In this document: positions 51,002 to 64,000 of the stretch, piece after piece
Numbering within the stretch: the first letter of the stretch is position 1
Layout: each line of letters opens with the position of its first letter
Source: Octopus sinensis
Taxonomy: Eukaryota
Direction: 5' to 3'
DNA length: 64,000 bases
Assembly (NCBI RefSeq): GCF_006345805.1
Contig: NC_042999.1
Coordinates: 15,376,001 to 15,440,000, forward strand
Notes under the pieces: generated by a model
What the model saw: the letters and a program-made list of their open reading frames with translations, nothing else
Told to the model about the DNA's origin: nothing
Database searches by the model: none
Translations under genes and position numbers: made by a program

Positions 51002-52144
51002 TCATACACACAATATCAATGGAAATAGTAGTTGTGATACCTGTGCTGGTGGCACATAAAAAGCACCATCCGAACGTGGCCGATGCCAGTCTTCCCTGGC
51101 ACCTGTGCCGGTGGCACTTAAAAAGCACCCACTACACTCGCGGAGTGGTTGGCGTTAGGAAGGGCAGCCAACTGTAGAAACACTGCCAGATCAGACTGGA
51201 GCCTGGTGCAGACTCCTGGCTTCCCAGACACCGGTCGAACCGTCCAACCCATGCTAGCGCGGAAAACGGACGTTAAATGACGATGATGATGATGATAGTA
51301 CACAATATCTTACCTTTCATTGGTGTATATACATCAAGAATGATACATAGACAAATATTTTTATCTAGTATTGCTTCAAATGTGTGCATCAGATTTTACA
51401 CACAGACACACACACAAGTCTTTGCTTCTGAGAACAATGCTTTCACATCCAGATTAAAGTACTCATTATTTGAAGTAATAGGTTATGCTATATTATAGAT
51501 AACGCCTTTAGAGAGTTAATCTGTTTCTCAATCAGTGTTAAACAGTGAATAAGAAAAGCAAAATTACCTGACATCTAGCTTCAGCCAACATCTATCTGAT
51601 GTTTGTACATCACACACACACACACCACATCACTGTGTGTATGATTGTAAAGTATATGCACATATATGTATGCATATATATGTGTATATATGTAGTCTCT
51701 GTGTATACACAGGTACATGCTCAAATGAGGACAGGTTTACATTTGCCAGTCTATGCATTTACACATTTGTACAGCTTCAGTTAAATGTTGATTGCTTCAA
51801 TATAGATATTTATTTATTTATTCTGTAACTCTGTCTCTTAGTACACAATTTAATGCATACATATCGCAGTATCAGATTTTGTATGGGTTTCTCAAAGACT
51901 TAAAGCTGACAGTAATATTAGCTTCAAATTTTGGCTTAAGGCCAGCAATTCTGTGTAGGCGGTCAGTTGATTACAGTGACCCCAGTAATCAACTGGTACT
52001 TATTTTATCAACTGCTAAAGGATGAGAGGAAAACTTGACCCCAGTGGAATTGGAACACAGAATGTAAAACAGATGAAATGCTACCAAGCATTTTGCCTGG
52101 CATGTTAACAATTCTGCGAGCTTGCTGCCTTAACCCTTTAGTCA

Positions 52145-52710
52145 TTATCATCATCATCATCATCGTTTAACGTCCGTTTTCCGTGCTGGCATGGGTTGGA
52201 CGGTTCGACCGGGGATCTGGGAAGCCAGGAGGCTGCACCAGGCTCCAGTCTGATCTGGCAGTGTTTCTACAGCTCGATGCCCTTCTTAACGCCAACCACT
52301 CCAAGAGTGTAGTGGGTGCTTTTTACGTGCTAGGCGAGGCTGACAATGGCCACGATCGGATTGGTGCTTTTTACGTGCCACCGGCACGGAAGCAAGTCAA
52401 GGTGGCGCTGGCATCGGCCACGTTCGAATGGTGCTTTTTACGTGCCACCACCACGGAAGTCAGTCTAGGCGGCGCTGGCATCACCCACATTCAGAAGGTG
52501 CTTTTTACGTGCCCCCGCCATGGTAGTCAGTCGAGGCGGTGCTGGCATCGCCCACGTTCAGATGGTGCTTTTTACATGCCACCGCCACGGAAGTCAGTCT
52601 AGGCGGCGCTGGCATCGCCCACATTCAGATGGTGCTTTTTACGTGCCACCGCCACGGAAGTCAGTCTAGGTGGCACTGTCATCGGCCACGTTCGGATGGT
52701 ACTTTTTACT
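52145..52710 (-). mobile_element. RTE 3' end with expanded tandem repeats, inserted into a piggyBac-like MITE (52130-52925)
   Basis: (CAT)n tail right after TTAACCCTTTAG; the MITE body resumes at about 52712 (TTATTCTGTCAAATG). Confidence 0.75.
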
Positions 52711-53118
52711 TCACGTTATTCTGTCAAATGTAATGCTTATTTATTCACATTGTTTTCAATTAACCCTGCATTATCTCATAGCTTTGAGATTTTGATGAAG
52801 TAACTATTCATTTTTTAGAATTATATAGTAGGGCTGGTGTGAGAGGCCAGATCTGACCAATTTAAACATAAAACAAGGGAGAATATTTTGGCCGGATATG
52901 GCCGGTTTAAATGCTAATGGTTTAAGGCTGACAGTGATACTGACATGAGGCATGCCCATTCTTGGACTAGTGACTTCTATAACACATCAAATTATGAAGG
53001 TCATGCATTTGCAATCCAAGAGCAGGAGATTACCACAAAATACCTAATAAATAAAAGAGACAGTAAAACCTTTAGGGCCCTAAGAAACAACTGAAAATGT
53101 TGATTACATCACATTTCT

Positions 53119-53537
53119 TATTTCTTTATTGCCCACAAGGAGCTCGACATAGAAGGGACAAACAAGGACAGACAAAGGGATTAAGTCGATTACATTGACC
53201 CCAGTGCGTAACTGGTACTCTATTTATTGATCCCGAAAGGATGAAAGGCAAAGTCAACCTCGGCAGAATTTGAACTCAGAACGTAACGGCAGATGAAATA
53301 CCTATTTCTTTACTACCCACAAGGGGCTAAACACAGAGAAGACAAACAAGGACAGACAAATGGATTAAGTTGATTATATCGACCCCAGTGCATAACTGGT
53401 ACTTATTTAATCAACCCCGAAAGGATGAAAGGCAAAGTCGACCTTGGTAGAATTTGAACTCAGAACATAGCAGCAGACAAAATACCGCTAAGCATTTCAC
53501 CCGGCATGCTAACGATTCTGCCAGCTCACCGCCTTAT
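53119..53537 (-). mobile_element. SINE family A dimer with 11-bp TSD
   Basis: ATCACATTTCT at 53108-53118 and 53538-53548; internal junction GATGAAATACCTATTTC at 53292-53308. Confidence 0.9.
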
Positions 53538-53928
53538 ATCACATTTCTATGGAAACATCCCATTTGTTGTCTGCACCTACCCCAAAATGTCAAAGTACTA
53601 CCTCTCAATGCAACATGTCATCACTGAAACAATATACAGTTCCATCGTCCCCACCTAAAAAACTTTCCTCTGATAAAAATAGAGGATTCACTTCATCCCA
53701 ATTATTGAATACATAGATAAACATCAACATGAGGAATATTGATGGAGCATTCTCATCAAAACTGTTACCAAGAGCAAACATAAAAGGATGGATGTAGTTG
53801 TTTGGGACAGACAAAGAGAAGCATGTACTTCTATAGAGATCATTTGTCCTGCTGATGCGAATATCTCTTAAAAAATCTAAGAGAAAGAGGATAACTATGG
53901 ACAACAGATTTGGCACCAACAGCTTAGA

Positions 53929-54163
53929 TTAACCCTTTTATTACCGTATTTATTTTGAGTTACTCTTTTACTTGTTTCAGTTATTTGACTGTGGCCATGC
54001 TGGAGCACCGCCTTTAGTCAATCAAATCGACCCCGGGACTTATTCTTTGTAAGCCCAGTACTTATTCTATCGGTCTCTTTTGCTGAACCGCTAAGTGACG
54101 GGGACGTAAACACACCAGCATCGGTTGTCAAGCAATGCTAGGGGGACAAACACAGACACACAA

Positions 54164-54194
<31 letters not shown>

Positions 54195-54551
54195 CACAAC
54201 AGGCTTCTTTCAGTTTCCGTCTACCAAATCCACTCACAAGGCATTGGTCAGCCCAGGGCTATAGCAGAAGACACTTGCCCAAGATGCCACACAGTGGGAC
54301 TGAACCCGCAACCACGTGGTTGGTTAGCAAGCTACTTACCACACAGCCACTCCTGCGCCTCTGTTTCTTTTAATTATTTTAAATATAACAGAGAATTTAG
54401 TAAAATAACTTAGTTACCATTAAGCTAGTGTTAGGAACATAAATTGTGACTAAGGTTTGGTGGAAGATTTTAATTCAAAACTTAAGAAAACAAGACATTT
54501 GTACTACAGAGCCAGAGGCGGTTTTGGCCGGGTTGGTAATGAAAGGGTTAA
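53929..54551 (+). mobile_element. piggyBac-like MITE family 1 containing a minus-strand SINE B (53961-54360)
   Basis: TTAA|CCCTTT ... AAAGGG|TTAA ends; the body matches 37812-38182 once the SINE is removed. Confidence 0.8.
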
Positions 54552-55471
54552 AAACTCATAGTTATACCAATAATAATTGGTACACTTGGTTTCATAAGTA
54601 AATGCCTAAGGGACAATCTGGAAAAGCTGGGGTTTTCAGAGAAAGAAATCAACCATATAATACTTATGTGATGTATACAATTTGTCAGTGGAAGAGTAAA
54701 GAAATATGCAAGACTTTTTCTTAGGTTCCAAATGTGACTTCATTTTTGTAAACTACTTTCCAATGACAGAGCTTTGTATCGTTGTTTGGAACCAGCTCCT
54801 TCCATACAGGAAGACTTAAAATAATTAAGAATGTGTGTGTGTGTATTTGTGTGTGTGTGTGTGAATGCAAAAAGGAAAAGATGCAGTGGGATCACTAGAG
54901 AAGATAAATTTCATATGCAGGTATAAGCAGGAATAGCACATGGGAAATAGATTTTTGGAACGCCTCAAGGCTTCCTATAAGTAATTGATAGTTTTTTAAA
55001 TCAATTACTGATATGTGTGTGTGTGCATGCATATATAATGGCTATACATATTTATGAAGCCCAGCCAATAGTGATGATGGAAAGGGATTGGTGCATGAGC
55101 TAAGCTGTTGCACCGACAGAAGCAATGCTGGAAATGAAGCAGAATATAAACCTGGTTGGTTGGCTTTTTTGATGTGGATGTAGAGACAGTAACTTAACCA
55201 CCTCTGCTGTGGCTTGCCCCACATGCACTTACCACCTCTCCACCCATGGAGTCTACATGAAAGAAAGACAAGTCAATATGTCAGCAGCATCCATGAAGTG
55301 GCAAGGCATGCCAGATAATGGTTAAAGATAGCCATACATATCTACCTTAGGGTTCGTCCCTCCTCTGGAATTTTTTATAGGGGTTTACTTTCTTTTTTTT
55401 TTAAAAGCTCAATATGTTACTCCAGAAAGAAGCAACAGTTTATCATTACAAGTGGGTATGGTCTGTGTATG

Positions 55472-55820
55472 GTCTCTTTTACTTGTTTCAGTCATGTGAC
55501 TGTGGCCATGCTGGAGCACTGCCTTTAGTCGAGCAAATCGCCCCCAGGACTTATTCTTTGGAAGCCTAGTACTCATTCTATCGGTCTCTTTTGCCAAACC
55601 GCTAAGTTACGGAGATGTAAACACACCAGCATTGGTTGGCAATATACATATATATGACGGGCTTCTTTCAGTTTCCATCTACCAAATCCACTCACAAGGC
55701 TTTGGTCAGCCCAAGGCTGTAGTAGAAGACACTTGCCCAAGGTGCCATGCAGTGGGACTGAACCGGGTACCATGTGGTTTGTAAGCAAGCTACTTACCAC
55801 ACAGCCACTACTACGCCTAT
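55472..55820 (-). mobile_element. CORE-like SINE family B
   Basis: Family-B head and tail with a shortened linker. Confidence 0.8.
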
Positions 55821-56716
55821 GCTTACCACACAATTTTCTTGCATAATTATGATGTGCTCTGACTTGATGAAAAGAGTACTGTTAGTTTGAAAGGTAGTAC
55901 CTTGGAAGAGCTATGTGGAGTAGGCACATGAATGCGAGGGTCTTGGGCAATAATGAGAGGTATGAAAATGGCAGTATACCATCCTTCCAGTAAACCCACC
56001 ATACCCTACGAGGTTGGCACTGGACTTAAGAAGGACAGCAGTACAGTGATTCACACATCGACTAAAGAAGCAGAAAATGATTCATCTGGTAGATGAATCA
56101 AAATGATTCATCATTCATATGGCAGAGGCATTGGAAAGAAAGATCAAAGCTGAAAACAAAGAACAAATCCAGTGCAAGTAATTAAAATAATTGCTCCCTG
56201 GTTGCAGTAGTTACATCTTCACCAATTTGGTGTGGTAGCTGTGAAATAAAGGGAGGTGTAGAGAGGGAGCATGTTCCAGCATGAGGGCTACAGAACTTTG
56301 GTATTCTCTGGTATCATCAATGCTAATCTAGTTGGTATTGCTTGAAGGAGTGATACACTTGGAAGGTACCAAAATCATTGTGATCTCCACTTGATAGCTG
56401 ATAAAACAGTGTGTATCACAATGCAAGCTGTATGTTTCACACACACACACACACATAAATATATATATATAAGTTCAGCAAAAATTTAGATTCAGATGAA
56501 TATGGTACTTAAGTTAAAGGCACCAGAATTTTGTATGGTATTATCCATATAAATGAAATGGGGTGATTATAATCAAAATAAGCAACAAGGATATCCAATG
56601 TAAGTATTACATCCCACATTTTAAAACTGATGTAATACATACATTGTTTAATTAAATGAAGTAGCATGAAACAATCGTACTACACTACCTTTGGATATCC
56701 TTGTTGCTTATTTTGA

Positions 56717-56759
<43 letters not shown>

Positions 56760-57484
56760 CACAAACACACACACATACAATTTGTTTGTATGTCTACCTA
56801 CATGTCTATTGGTGTGTCATACTTTAGATATGAGGACAGTTATAAAAACTGACTGTAAACAGTGTTGATACTAAGTTGCAACTGCAGAAGACTGCATTTC
56901 TTAACATGCTTCCACAATATAAGGTTGCTTATTCCTATCAAGATATCTATGAGGTAAACCGTCGGATCAATTTTAAGCAATATATCCTATCATCATCCAC
57001 TCTGTCCTGACACTTTTTACTCCCTCATCTTCACATCATTTATTACTGACATCTATCACTCTATCCATCACCCATTTTCATTATCAGCCATCTCTTCATC
57101 TTTCTCTCGGTGCAGCCATCTGGTTTGCCAGTCCTCAGTCAAATCATCCAACCCATGCCAGCATGGAAAGCGGATGTTAAACAATGATGATGATGAATCA
57201 AACATGAAGCAGTGATCAGTTTTTCTTGTCTTGGTCATTCCCGGAATGCCATTTTTTTTTCTGATTACCCCTTCACTATCGCCCTTTCACTCTAATCCCT
57301 GTCATCATACATTTGTTCTATTCATATTCTCACCCTATTTTTCTAAAATCACTCCCTTTTCTATTAACCCTTTTGGGTCATGTTACCTTGAATTTAAGGA
57401 AACACTGTAGTCGTGATAACTGTATTATTCTGAGTGATACAAGGGAACATCACCTGTGTGTACTGAATAAAATGGACCCAATAT

Positions 57485-57651
57485 AGGTGCAGGAGTGGCT
57501 GTGTGGTAAGTAGCTTGCTTACCAACCACATGGTTCCAGGTTCAGTCCCACTGTGTGGCACCTTGGGCAAGTGTCTTCTACTATAGCCTTGGGCCAACCA
57601 AAGCCTTGTGAGTGGATTTGGCAGATGGAAACTGAAAAGAAGCCTGTCATG

Positions 57652-57695
<44 letters not shown>

Positions 57696-58374
57696 ACAAG
57701 ATAAGGGCAAAAGAAAAATTCTAATGCCAAATATGCCGAAAAAAAGACAAAAATTGTCAATAACCATTATAATTTATGCGTCTCGAAACAAACTGATAGA
57801 AATTTCTAAAAAATCCGTTATTACCACATTGGTCCAATTTCGGGGTCAATTCATAAGAATTTTCCTCTCTTCAGCGATAAATACGTGAGATATAAGTGAA
57901 ATACTTACTGATACCCATGGAAAAAGCAAGCACTAAGTCCCGAGCAGACCTAAGTACCCCAAATATATCCAAAATAGAAAATCTTCGGCACATCTCGAGA
58001 CACGTGTGATTTGAACTAGATACAGAGTGAGAGAATCTGGAAGTGAACACTATTCAATTTATAACTAATGTAGGATAAAAATTTTTGCGGGAAAAAAAAT
58101 TTATCAATGGCCAGCATATCAAAAAATACCTTTAAAGGTTAAATTTATAAATAATTTACAAGATAAGGGCAAAAGAAAAATTGTTTGTTTCGAGACGCAT
58201 AAATTATAATGGTTATTGACAATTTTTGTCTTTTTTTTGGCATATTTGGCATTAGAATTTTTCTTCTGCCCTTATCTTGTAAATTATTTATAAATTTAAC
58301 CTTTAAAGGTATTTTTTGATATGCTGGCCATTGATAAAATTTTTTTCCCGAAAAAATTTTTATCCTACATTAGT

Positions 58375-58411
<37 letters not shown>

Positions 58412-58621
58412 ATATGTTTGTGTTTGTCCTCCCAACATCGCTTGACAATCAATGCTGGTGTGTTTACGTCCCTCGTAACTTAGCGGTTCAGCAAAAGAGA
58501 CCGATAGAATAAGTACTAGGCTTACAAAGAATAAGTCCTGGGGTCGATTTGTTTGACTAAAGGTGGTGCTCCAGCATGGCCGCAGTCAAATGACTGAAAC
58601 AAGTAAAAGAGTAAAGAGTAA
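57485..58621 (+). mobile_element. CORE-like SINE family B split by a fold-back element in its (TA)n linker
   Basis: 5' half at 57485-57690 and 3' half at 58379-58621. Confidence 0.8.
57690..58378. mobile_element. Rearranged fold-back/MITE-like element with long inverted repeats
   Basis: 58183-58378 is the reverse complement of a composite of 58060-58182 and 57690-57793. (TA)n flanks both sides. Confidence 0.75.
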
Positions 58622-59021
58622 TACATTCTCTAAAGAGATTAACAAACAAGTAGGGACAAAGCATGTCTGTATGACATGACAACCTCTCTAATATTGGTGC
58701 AATGAGAACATGCATCCAGCAGACACTGTAAAGTGATTGGTGCTAGGAAAGGCATCTAGCCATAGAAACCATACCAGAAGTGGACAAATGAATGATATGA
58801 GGTCCTCTAAACCACCAAGAAGGGCAAATAGCATTGAAATAGCATTGACTTGATCCCTGACAAACTGTCCAACCCATGTAAGTACAAAGAGTAGACAGAT
58901 GATGATGATGACGATGACAATGCTGGTGATGATGATGTTTGTCAAGCAGTGAAATAGATATAAAATTATTTTGTAAAAATCTAATCCAACAAATTTACAC
59001 TATGTTCTTCCTTTGCTAGAA

Positions 59022-59058
<37 letters not shown>

Positions 59059-59921
59059 TCATGCTTGGCAGAATCAGATGTGTATGTAATTTGTGTTGTG
59101 TTGGTAAATGCACGAATGTGTAAATTCTTGTATTTGTGTATATGTATGTGTGAATCAGATTATTTCCCTTGATTTTTCACTTTCCTTGAGAGCAATCTAC
59201 CTTATCGTGAATTAACATGAAACCAACTGGAACAGAATAGAGGAAACTTGAACGTATCATGCAAATCAAACACACACACATTTGCATATATTCTTATATT
59301 CTTACATTCTGTTATCTATTTTTGTCAAATGCTTATTTTATCTCTCTTATTAATGAAATGATGATGTTTTATATATTTGCTATAAACATACTTCATTTGA
59401 AGCACCAATTTACTCAAGTATGCAGAAACATAAACACATGCTCCAACAAAGGACCATCAAGGTGGTTGCTGAACCTATTAGAAATAGCTGCCAAATCAAG
59501 CTCAAATTACAGCTTTCCACTATTACAAAAAAAAAAAAAAAAAAAAAAAGAAACAGATAATGTAGTCTTGGCTTCCCGGTACATATGAAATAGATGTGAT
59601 AGTCATGGGAGGAATACATCTGAGTATAGATCTGCTTCATTGGGGCTGATCTGAGGCCATAGCAACAATACATGCATTTGCAAGTGTGCATACACACATA
59701 CAAAGGCCCACACCCAGCCTCCCCCAACAAAACACTGACTTTAGTCCAATCCAAAGCTACAGTGGAAGACAGTTACACAAGGTGCTGTGGTGCATTGGGA
59801 TTGAACCCAAAACAATGTGATTGCAATATGAACATCTTAACCACATGTCTATATCCTTGGTTTTGTTTCTGCTAAATATCAATAAAAATAAGTATATATA
59901 TATATGTATATTTATATTTTA

Positions 59922-60210
59922 TTTATGCGTCCTTTTCAAGCCTAGCCATGGGCCCGGTTTCTGTGGCGTATGTGTTCCCCTCAGCTGGATGGGATGCCAG
60001 TCCATCGCAGTGTTACTCAAGAAACAGGAAGAAAGAGTGAGAGAAAGTTGGGGCGAAAGAGTACAACAGGAGTCGCCACCACCCCCTGCTGGAGCTTCGT
60101 GGAGCTTTAGGTGTTTTTGCTCAATAAACACACACAACGCCTGGTCTGGGATTCGAAACCGCGATCCTCCGACCGCGAGTCCGCTGCCCTAACCACTGGG
60201 CCATTGCGCT

Positions 60211-60212
<2 letters not shown>
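59922..60212 (-). mobile_element. tRNA-derived SINE family C
   Basis: Reverse complement GCGCAATGGCCCAGTGGTTAGGGCAGCGGACTCGCGG...GGTTTCGAATCCC (A and B boxes). A related copy lies at 62055-62338. Confidence 0.8.
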
Positions 60213-60250
<38 letters not shown>

Positions 60251-62054
60251 AATATATATATTGGTAAAAACGGTAAGATAACAAAAGAAAGAAAGAGACC
60301 TCAATATTATGTAAATAGAGGAAATTTATCTATAAAATAATATGTTACATTTACTCAATAGTCAAAATAAAACTCTGATAACCAAAGAGATGGTGTTGTG
60401 GATTTCCACTTCGGCATCTGAAACTCAGAGTTTTATCTTGACTATTGAGTAAATGTAACATATTATTTTATAGATATAAATATGTATATATATATATATA
60501 TATATATATGAGAAAGGAAAGACATGCAGATACATACCTATGTATATGTATGCATCCATGTGTACAAAACATTATATATGCATGTGTGGGTGTATATGAG
60601 AGAGAGAGAGAGAGAGAGAGAAAAGAGTGACAGTGATGGAGAGAATATTATCTTGAGTATAATAAAAAAAATATGATGGCGTACTTGAATTAAATTTTTA
60701 AGAAAAGCTACTTTGCTTTTATGTGCATGGTGGTATATGCTCTTCTGTGTTACTTTTTTTTAAATGCAACCAAATAGATTTTGCATTTTTATTTGGGAAT
60801 AATTTTCCATATATTCTTGAGATGAAAGTCTTATATTATATTAGTGATATAATCTATTCATGATCATATCTTCTTTATGTGTTCCTAGTGATGGATTGAA
60901 GACAACGCTGGCTTCAGCAATGCAGCATTCTTAAAAAGGAACTAGAATTAACGAGTCAAAAACGGTTCCTATAGAAAAAAAAAACGAAAAAAAAACGGAA
61001 AAGAAAGATCACATAAAAATGAGAACAAAATCTCATTTGTGTTTTTATTTACTGAAGATGCTGTATAGACTTGATGATAATTGAGTTTTCAGCATTTCCA
61101 TCAAATGAATGTAATCAGGTTTATCGCTACATTTCAAAGAAGTTGACATGGATGGATGCAGTAAAAGAACAATACGGTTTATTTAATTTAGCCTAAGTTA
61201 AGATGTGTAAAGTAACTTTTAGTTTCTTGGTGAAAAGCAACATTTCAAAATGATACTCAGACATGATATTTAGTTATACTATTGCAATACTAATGTAACA
61301 ATAACAAGAATTACATAAACAAAGTAGGCGAGAGAAAACTATAAACTAGTGATACCGATGTTGTTACTATGTTTACATTAATTATCAATGTAGTCTTTGT
61401 TATTTTTTCCCATTATCAATATGAAATTATTTTATTGAGACACAAATTACTCCTTTTAAGACTCAATAATGTGAGCAGATGCGTATGTATATTTGTTTGT
61501 ATTAGTGTATATGCGAGTATGGTTGAGTTTTGTGTATGTAATTTAAATGTCTGTATGTATTTTGTGTTATATGGCTTGTGAAAGGTGTTTTTTTTTTCAT
61601 TTATGTCTTCTAATGAGCAAATACTCAGTCACAATAATGACTGAATGTAGTGCTGATACAAGAATATATTTTAGGAGAAAAATCTAGCTATGACATGAGT
61701 AAACAATAGTCATGTAAGCACACTCATTAATACATTTATGCATATAATTATACAACACACGTGCACACACACACACACACACATATATATATACACACCC
61801 AGTTAGTAAAAAGTTATTACAAGTTTCATGCTTTAAGATACATTAAATTGGTAGATTTCTATAATATTCCATGTACCTCCAAGCCTGGAAACATGCGCCC
61901 TGTTATATAAATCTGCCAATTTAATGTATTTTAAATCATGAAATTATGAGTAGCAGTTTTGTAATTGTGTATATTAAATGATATTTATCTCTCATTGGAT
62001 GGAGTACCTTCTTGTTCATCCTACATATAATGGAATTATGATATATATCAACGT

Positions 62055-62334
62055 CACAGTGACCGACCAGGCTATCAGATGTTGCTACACATCGCTGGTC
62101 ACAATGCGTTTTGTATTGTTTTAGCCTTTAAATGACACCACCCCGCTGGCTAAGCGAGCAGGCCAACAGAAGAAAGAGTGAGAGAAAGTTATGGCAAAAG
62201 AGTACAGCAGGGATCACCACCACTCCCTGCCAGAACCTCATGGAACTTTAGGTGTTTCTGCTCAATAAACACAACGCCCGGTCTGGGAATCGAAACCGCG
62301 AGTCCGCTGCCCTAACTACTGGGCCATTGCGCCT

Positions 62335-62338
<4 letters not shown>
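62055..62338 (-). mobile_element. tRNA-derived SINE family C (variant 3' part)
   Basis: Shares the head and the AGAAAGAGTGAGAGAAAGTT body with 59922-60212. Confidence 0.75.
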
Positions 62339-62375
<37 letters not shown>

Positions 62376-62729
62376 GTTATGGAATGGAGTAGGAGAAATC
62401 CAAGCTACATATGTTTCATAGCGAGGTAAAATCCAAGTGAGGCGTATTCTGCTGTTTACTCTTTGGGTCAAGGATATCTTGATTAAATTAAAGCTACATT
62501 GTCACGAAGAGGTACATGCTGATGCAAAGAAGATTCAATTGGAATGTGTGGGGAGCACAGAATGAGAGAGGTATATAAGTATATACCAAAGAAGTTTGCT
62601 TGTAAACATACAGTTCTTGGTTCAATCACAGTCACACTGTAGGTAAGTTCAATAATATCAGATTGACTCAAACATTGTGAGTGGAATTTGGTAGACAGAA
62701 AGTATATGGAAGGCCAGCATATATGTATA

Positions 62730-62961
62730 AGGCGGCGAGCTGGCAGAAACGTTAGCACGCCGGGCGAAATGCGTTGCCGTATTTCGTCTGCCGTTACGTT
62801 CCAAGTTCAAATTCCACCAAGGTCGACTTTGCCTTTCATCCTTCCGGGGTCGATAAATTAAGTACCAGTTACGCACTGGGGTCGATGTAATCAACTTAAT
62901 CCATTTGTCTGTCCTTGTTTGTCTCCTCTGTATTTAGCACCTTGTGGGTAGTAAAGAAATA
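62730..62961 (+). mobile_element. Full-length monomeric SINE family A
   Basis: GGCGGCGAGCTGGCAGAAACGTTAGC head, AAGTTCAAATTCC B box and GTGGGTAGTAAAGAAATA tail. Confidence 0.9.
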
Positions 62962-63632
62962 TATATGTATAATGTATGTGTGTGTGTGTGCATGTCTATC
63001 CATATGTAAAGTCTGGTTAAAAACTGATGTTATATTTATATTGCTTCGTGTTATGTTCTGTGATCTAGCAGTTCAAGAAATAGAGATCAGTAAAATAAAT
63101 GTCAAACTTAACTAATTACATAGGTCACTATGGCTGACTAAAATCTTTAATACTGTGCTCCAGAAATGGCTGTGGTCCAATGATTGAAACCAGCTGAAGA
63201 AAAAAAACCCACCAATATTTTTGTTTTGATGAGTTTGTACTAAAGGAAATATTTAACAGTTGCCAAACTAGCCTACACATGCAAATTATTTTACCAATTT
63301 ATAAGCAAAGTATCTTTTTGTATGAAGCTATAAGCTATTAGAAGTGTAAGGAAACTGACAAACTTGTCATTCTGTTTGTGTTTTTTTTTGTTTTCTTTAT
63401 ATCTGAGATGAGTTTGTATGAATGTTTATTTTTTCTGATTATTTACTTCATCTTGTATAATTTTGTTAATGGACATTTCATTCCATTGCCTTGCTCTCAG
63501 CAACGTCACCTGAATATGAAAACACCAATGGAAACATTGTGTCAACAATACATGCAAGATAGGAAAAATAGTCTGAAGAACACATGTCTGTGTTTCTGGT
63601 TATGTATACCATTTAATTTGTATTTCTGTAGG

Positions 63633-64000
63633 TGCAGATATGGCAGTGTAGTTATGAAGCTTGCTTTGCAAACTGTATGGTCTCAGGTTCAAGCTCAGTA
63701 TGCGACACCTTGGGCAAGTGCCTTCTGCTATAATCCTGGGCCAATCAATGCTGTGTGAGTCAATTTTGTAGATGGAAACTGTGAGGAAGCTTATACATGT
63801 GTGTGTTTTGTGCTTGTGTTTGTCTTCCCATCATTTCACATCCAATGTTGGTTTGTTTATATCCTAATGAATTAACTGTGCAGCAAAAAAAATCCAATAG
63901 AATAAATACCAAACTTAAAAAAAAATAATTACTGGGGTCAATTTGTTCAACTAAACCTTTCAAGATGGTACTCCAGCATGGCCACAGTCTAATGACTGAA
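63633..64000 (+). mobile_element. Older CORE-like SINE family B copy, running off the window
   Basis: GACACCTTGGGCAAGTGCCTTCTGC and CTCCAGCATGGCCACAGTCTAATGACTGAA. Confidence 0.7.

Larger units (their letters stand above)
52930..54740 (+). mobile_element. Degenerate R4/Dong-like (restriction-like endonuclease) non-LTR retrotransposon C-terminus, split by nested insertions
   Basis: Pieces translate to TSNYEGHAFAIQEQEITTKYLINKR, a degenerate CCHC knuckle (KC*LHH...SHLLSA), HKRMDVVVWDRQREACTSIEIICPADANIS*KI*EKEDNYG and, after the MITE, KLIVIPIIIGTLGFISKCLRDNLEKLGF (PD-(D/E)xK-type endonuclease). Confidence 0.75.

Noticed and set aside
53605-53919. 104-aa minus-strand ORF as a possible upstream VKR exon
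   Set aside because: It is the antisense of the R4/Dong-like endonuclease relic on the plus strand.
62730-62830. tRNA genes at SINE heads (also 60140-60212)
   Set aside because: A and B boxes are present but there is no complete cloverleaf, and the heads continue into SINE bodies.
1923-63963. The great majority of ORFs in the six-frame track (IYIYIY, CVCVCV, HTHTHT, RRGGK-type and SINE/RTE-derived peptides)
   Set aside because: They are translations of (TA)n, (CA)n and (GA)n tracts or of repeat consensus sequences, with no splice or domain support.

Overview
AT-rich, microsatellite- and transposon-dense animal genomic DNA. The SINE, RTE and MITE repertoire looks like Octopus (coleoid cephalopod); this is inferred from pattern recognition, not a database search. 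One protein-coding gene is supported: five phase-compatible minus-strand exons (38554-38427, 30098-29800, 24117-23976, 22717-22474, 8141-8021; about 311 codons). They encode the C-terminal part of a Venus-flytrap (GABA-B/ANF-receptor-like) ectodomain, one transmembrane helix and the N-lobe of an insulin-receptor-like tyrosine kinase, i.e. a Venus kinase receptor (VKR). I found neither end of the gene, so both probably lie outside the window. The rest is presumed intron, filled with tRNA-derived SINEs, RTE LINE 3' ends, mariner and piggyBac-type MITEs, an R4/Dong-like relic and Penelope-like hairpins. Most ORFs in the supplied track are repeat or microsatellite artefacts. The most unusual signals are: (i) SINE multimers at three independent loci that share one junction, where the SINE's 3' tail is complementary to the truncation point, including a 13-unit SINE-derived satellite inside an aged target-site duplication; (ii) a Penelope-type minimal hammerhead ribozyme motif in sense orientation in the presumed VKR pre-mRNA; (iii) a roughly 1.3-kb nested palindrome.
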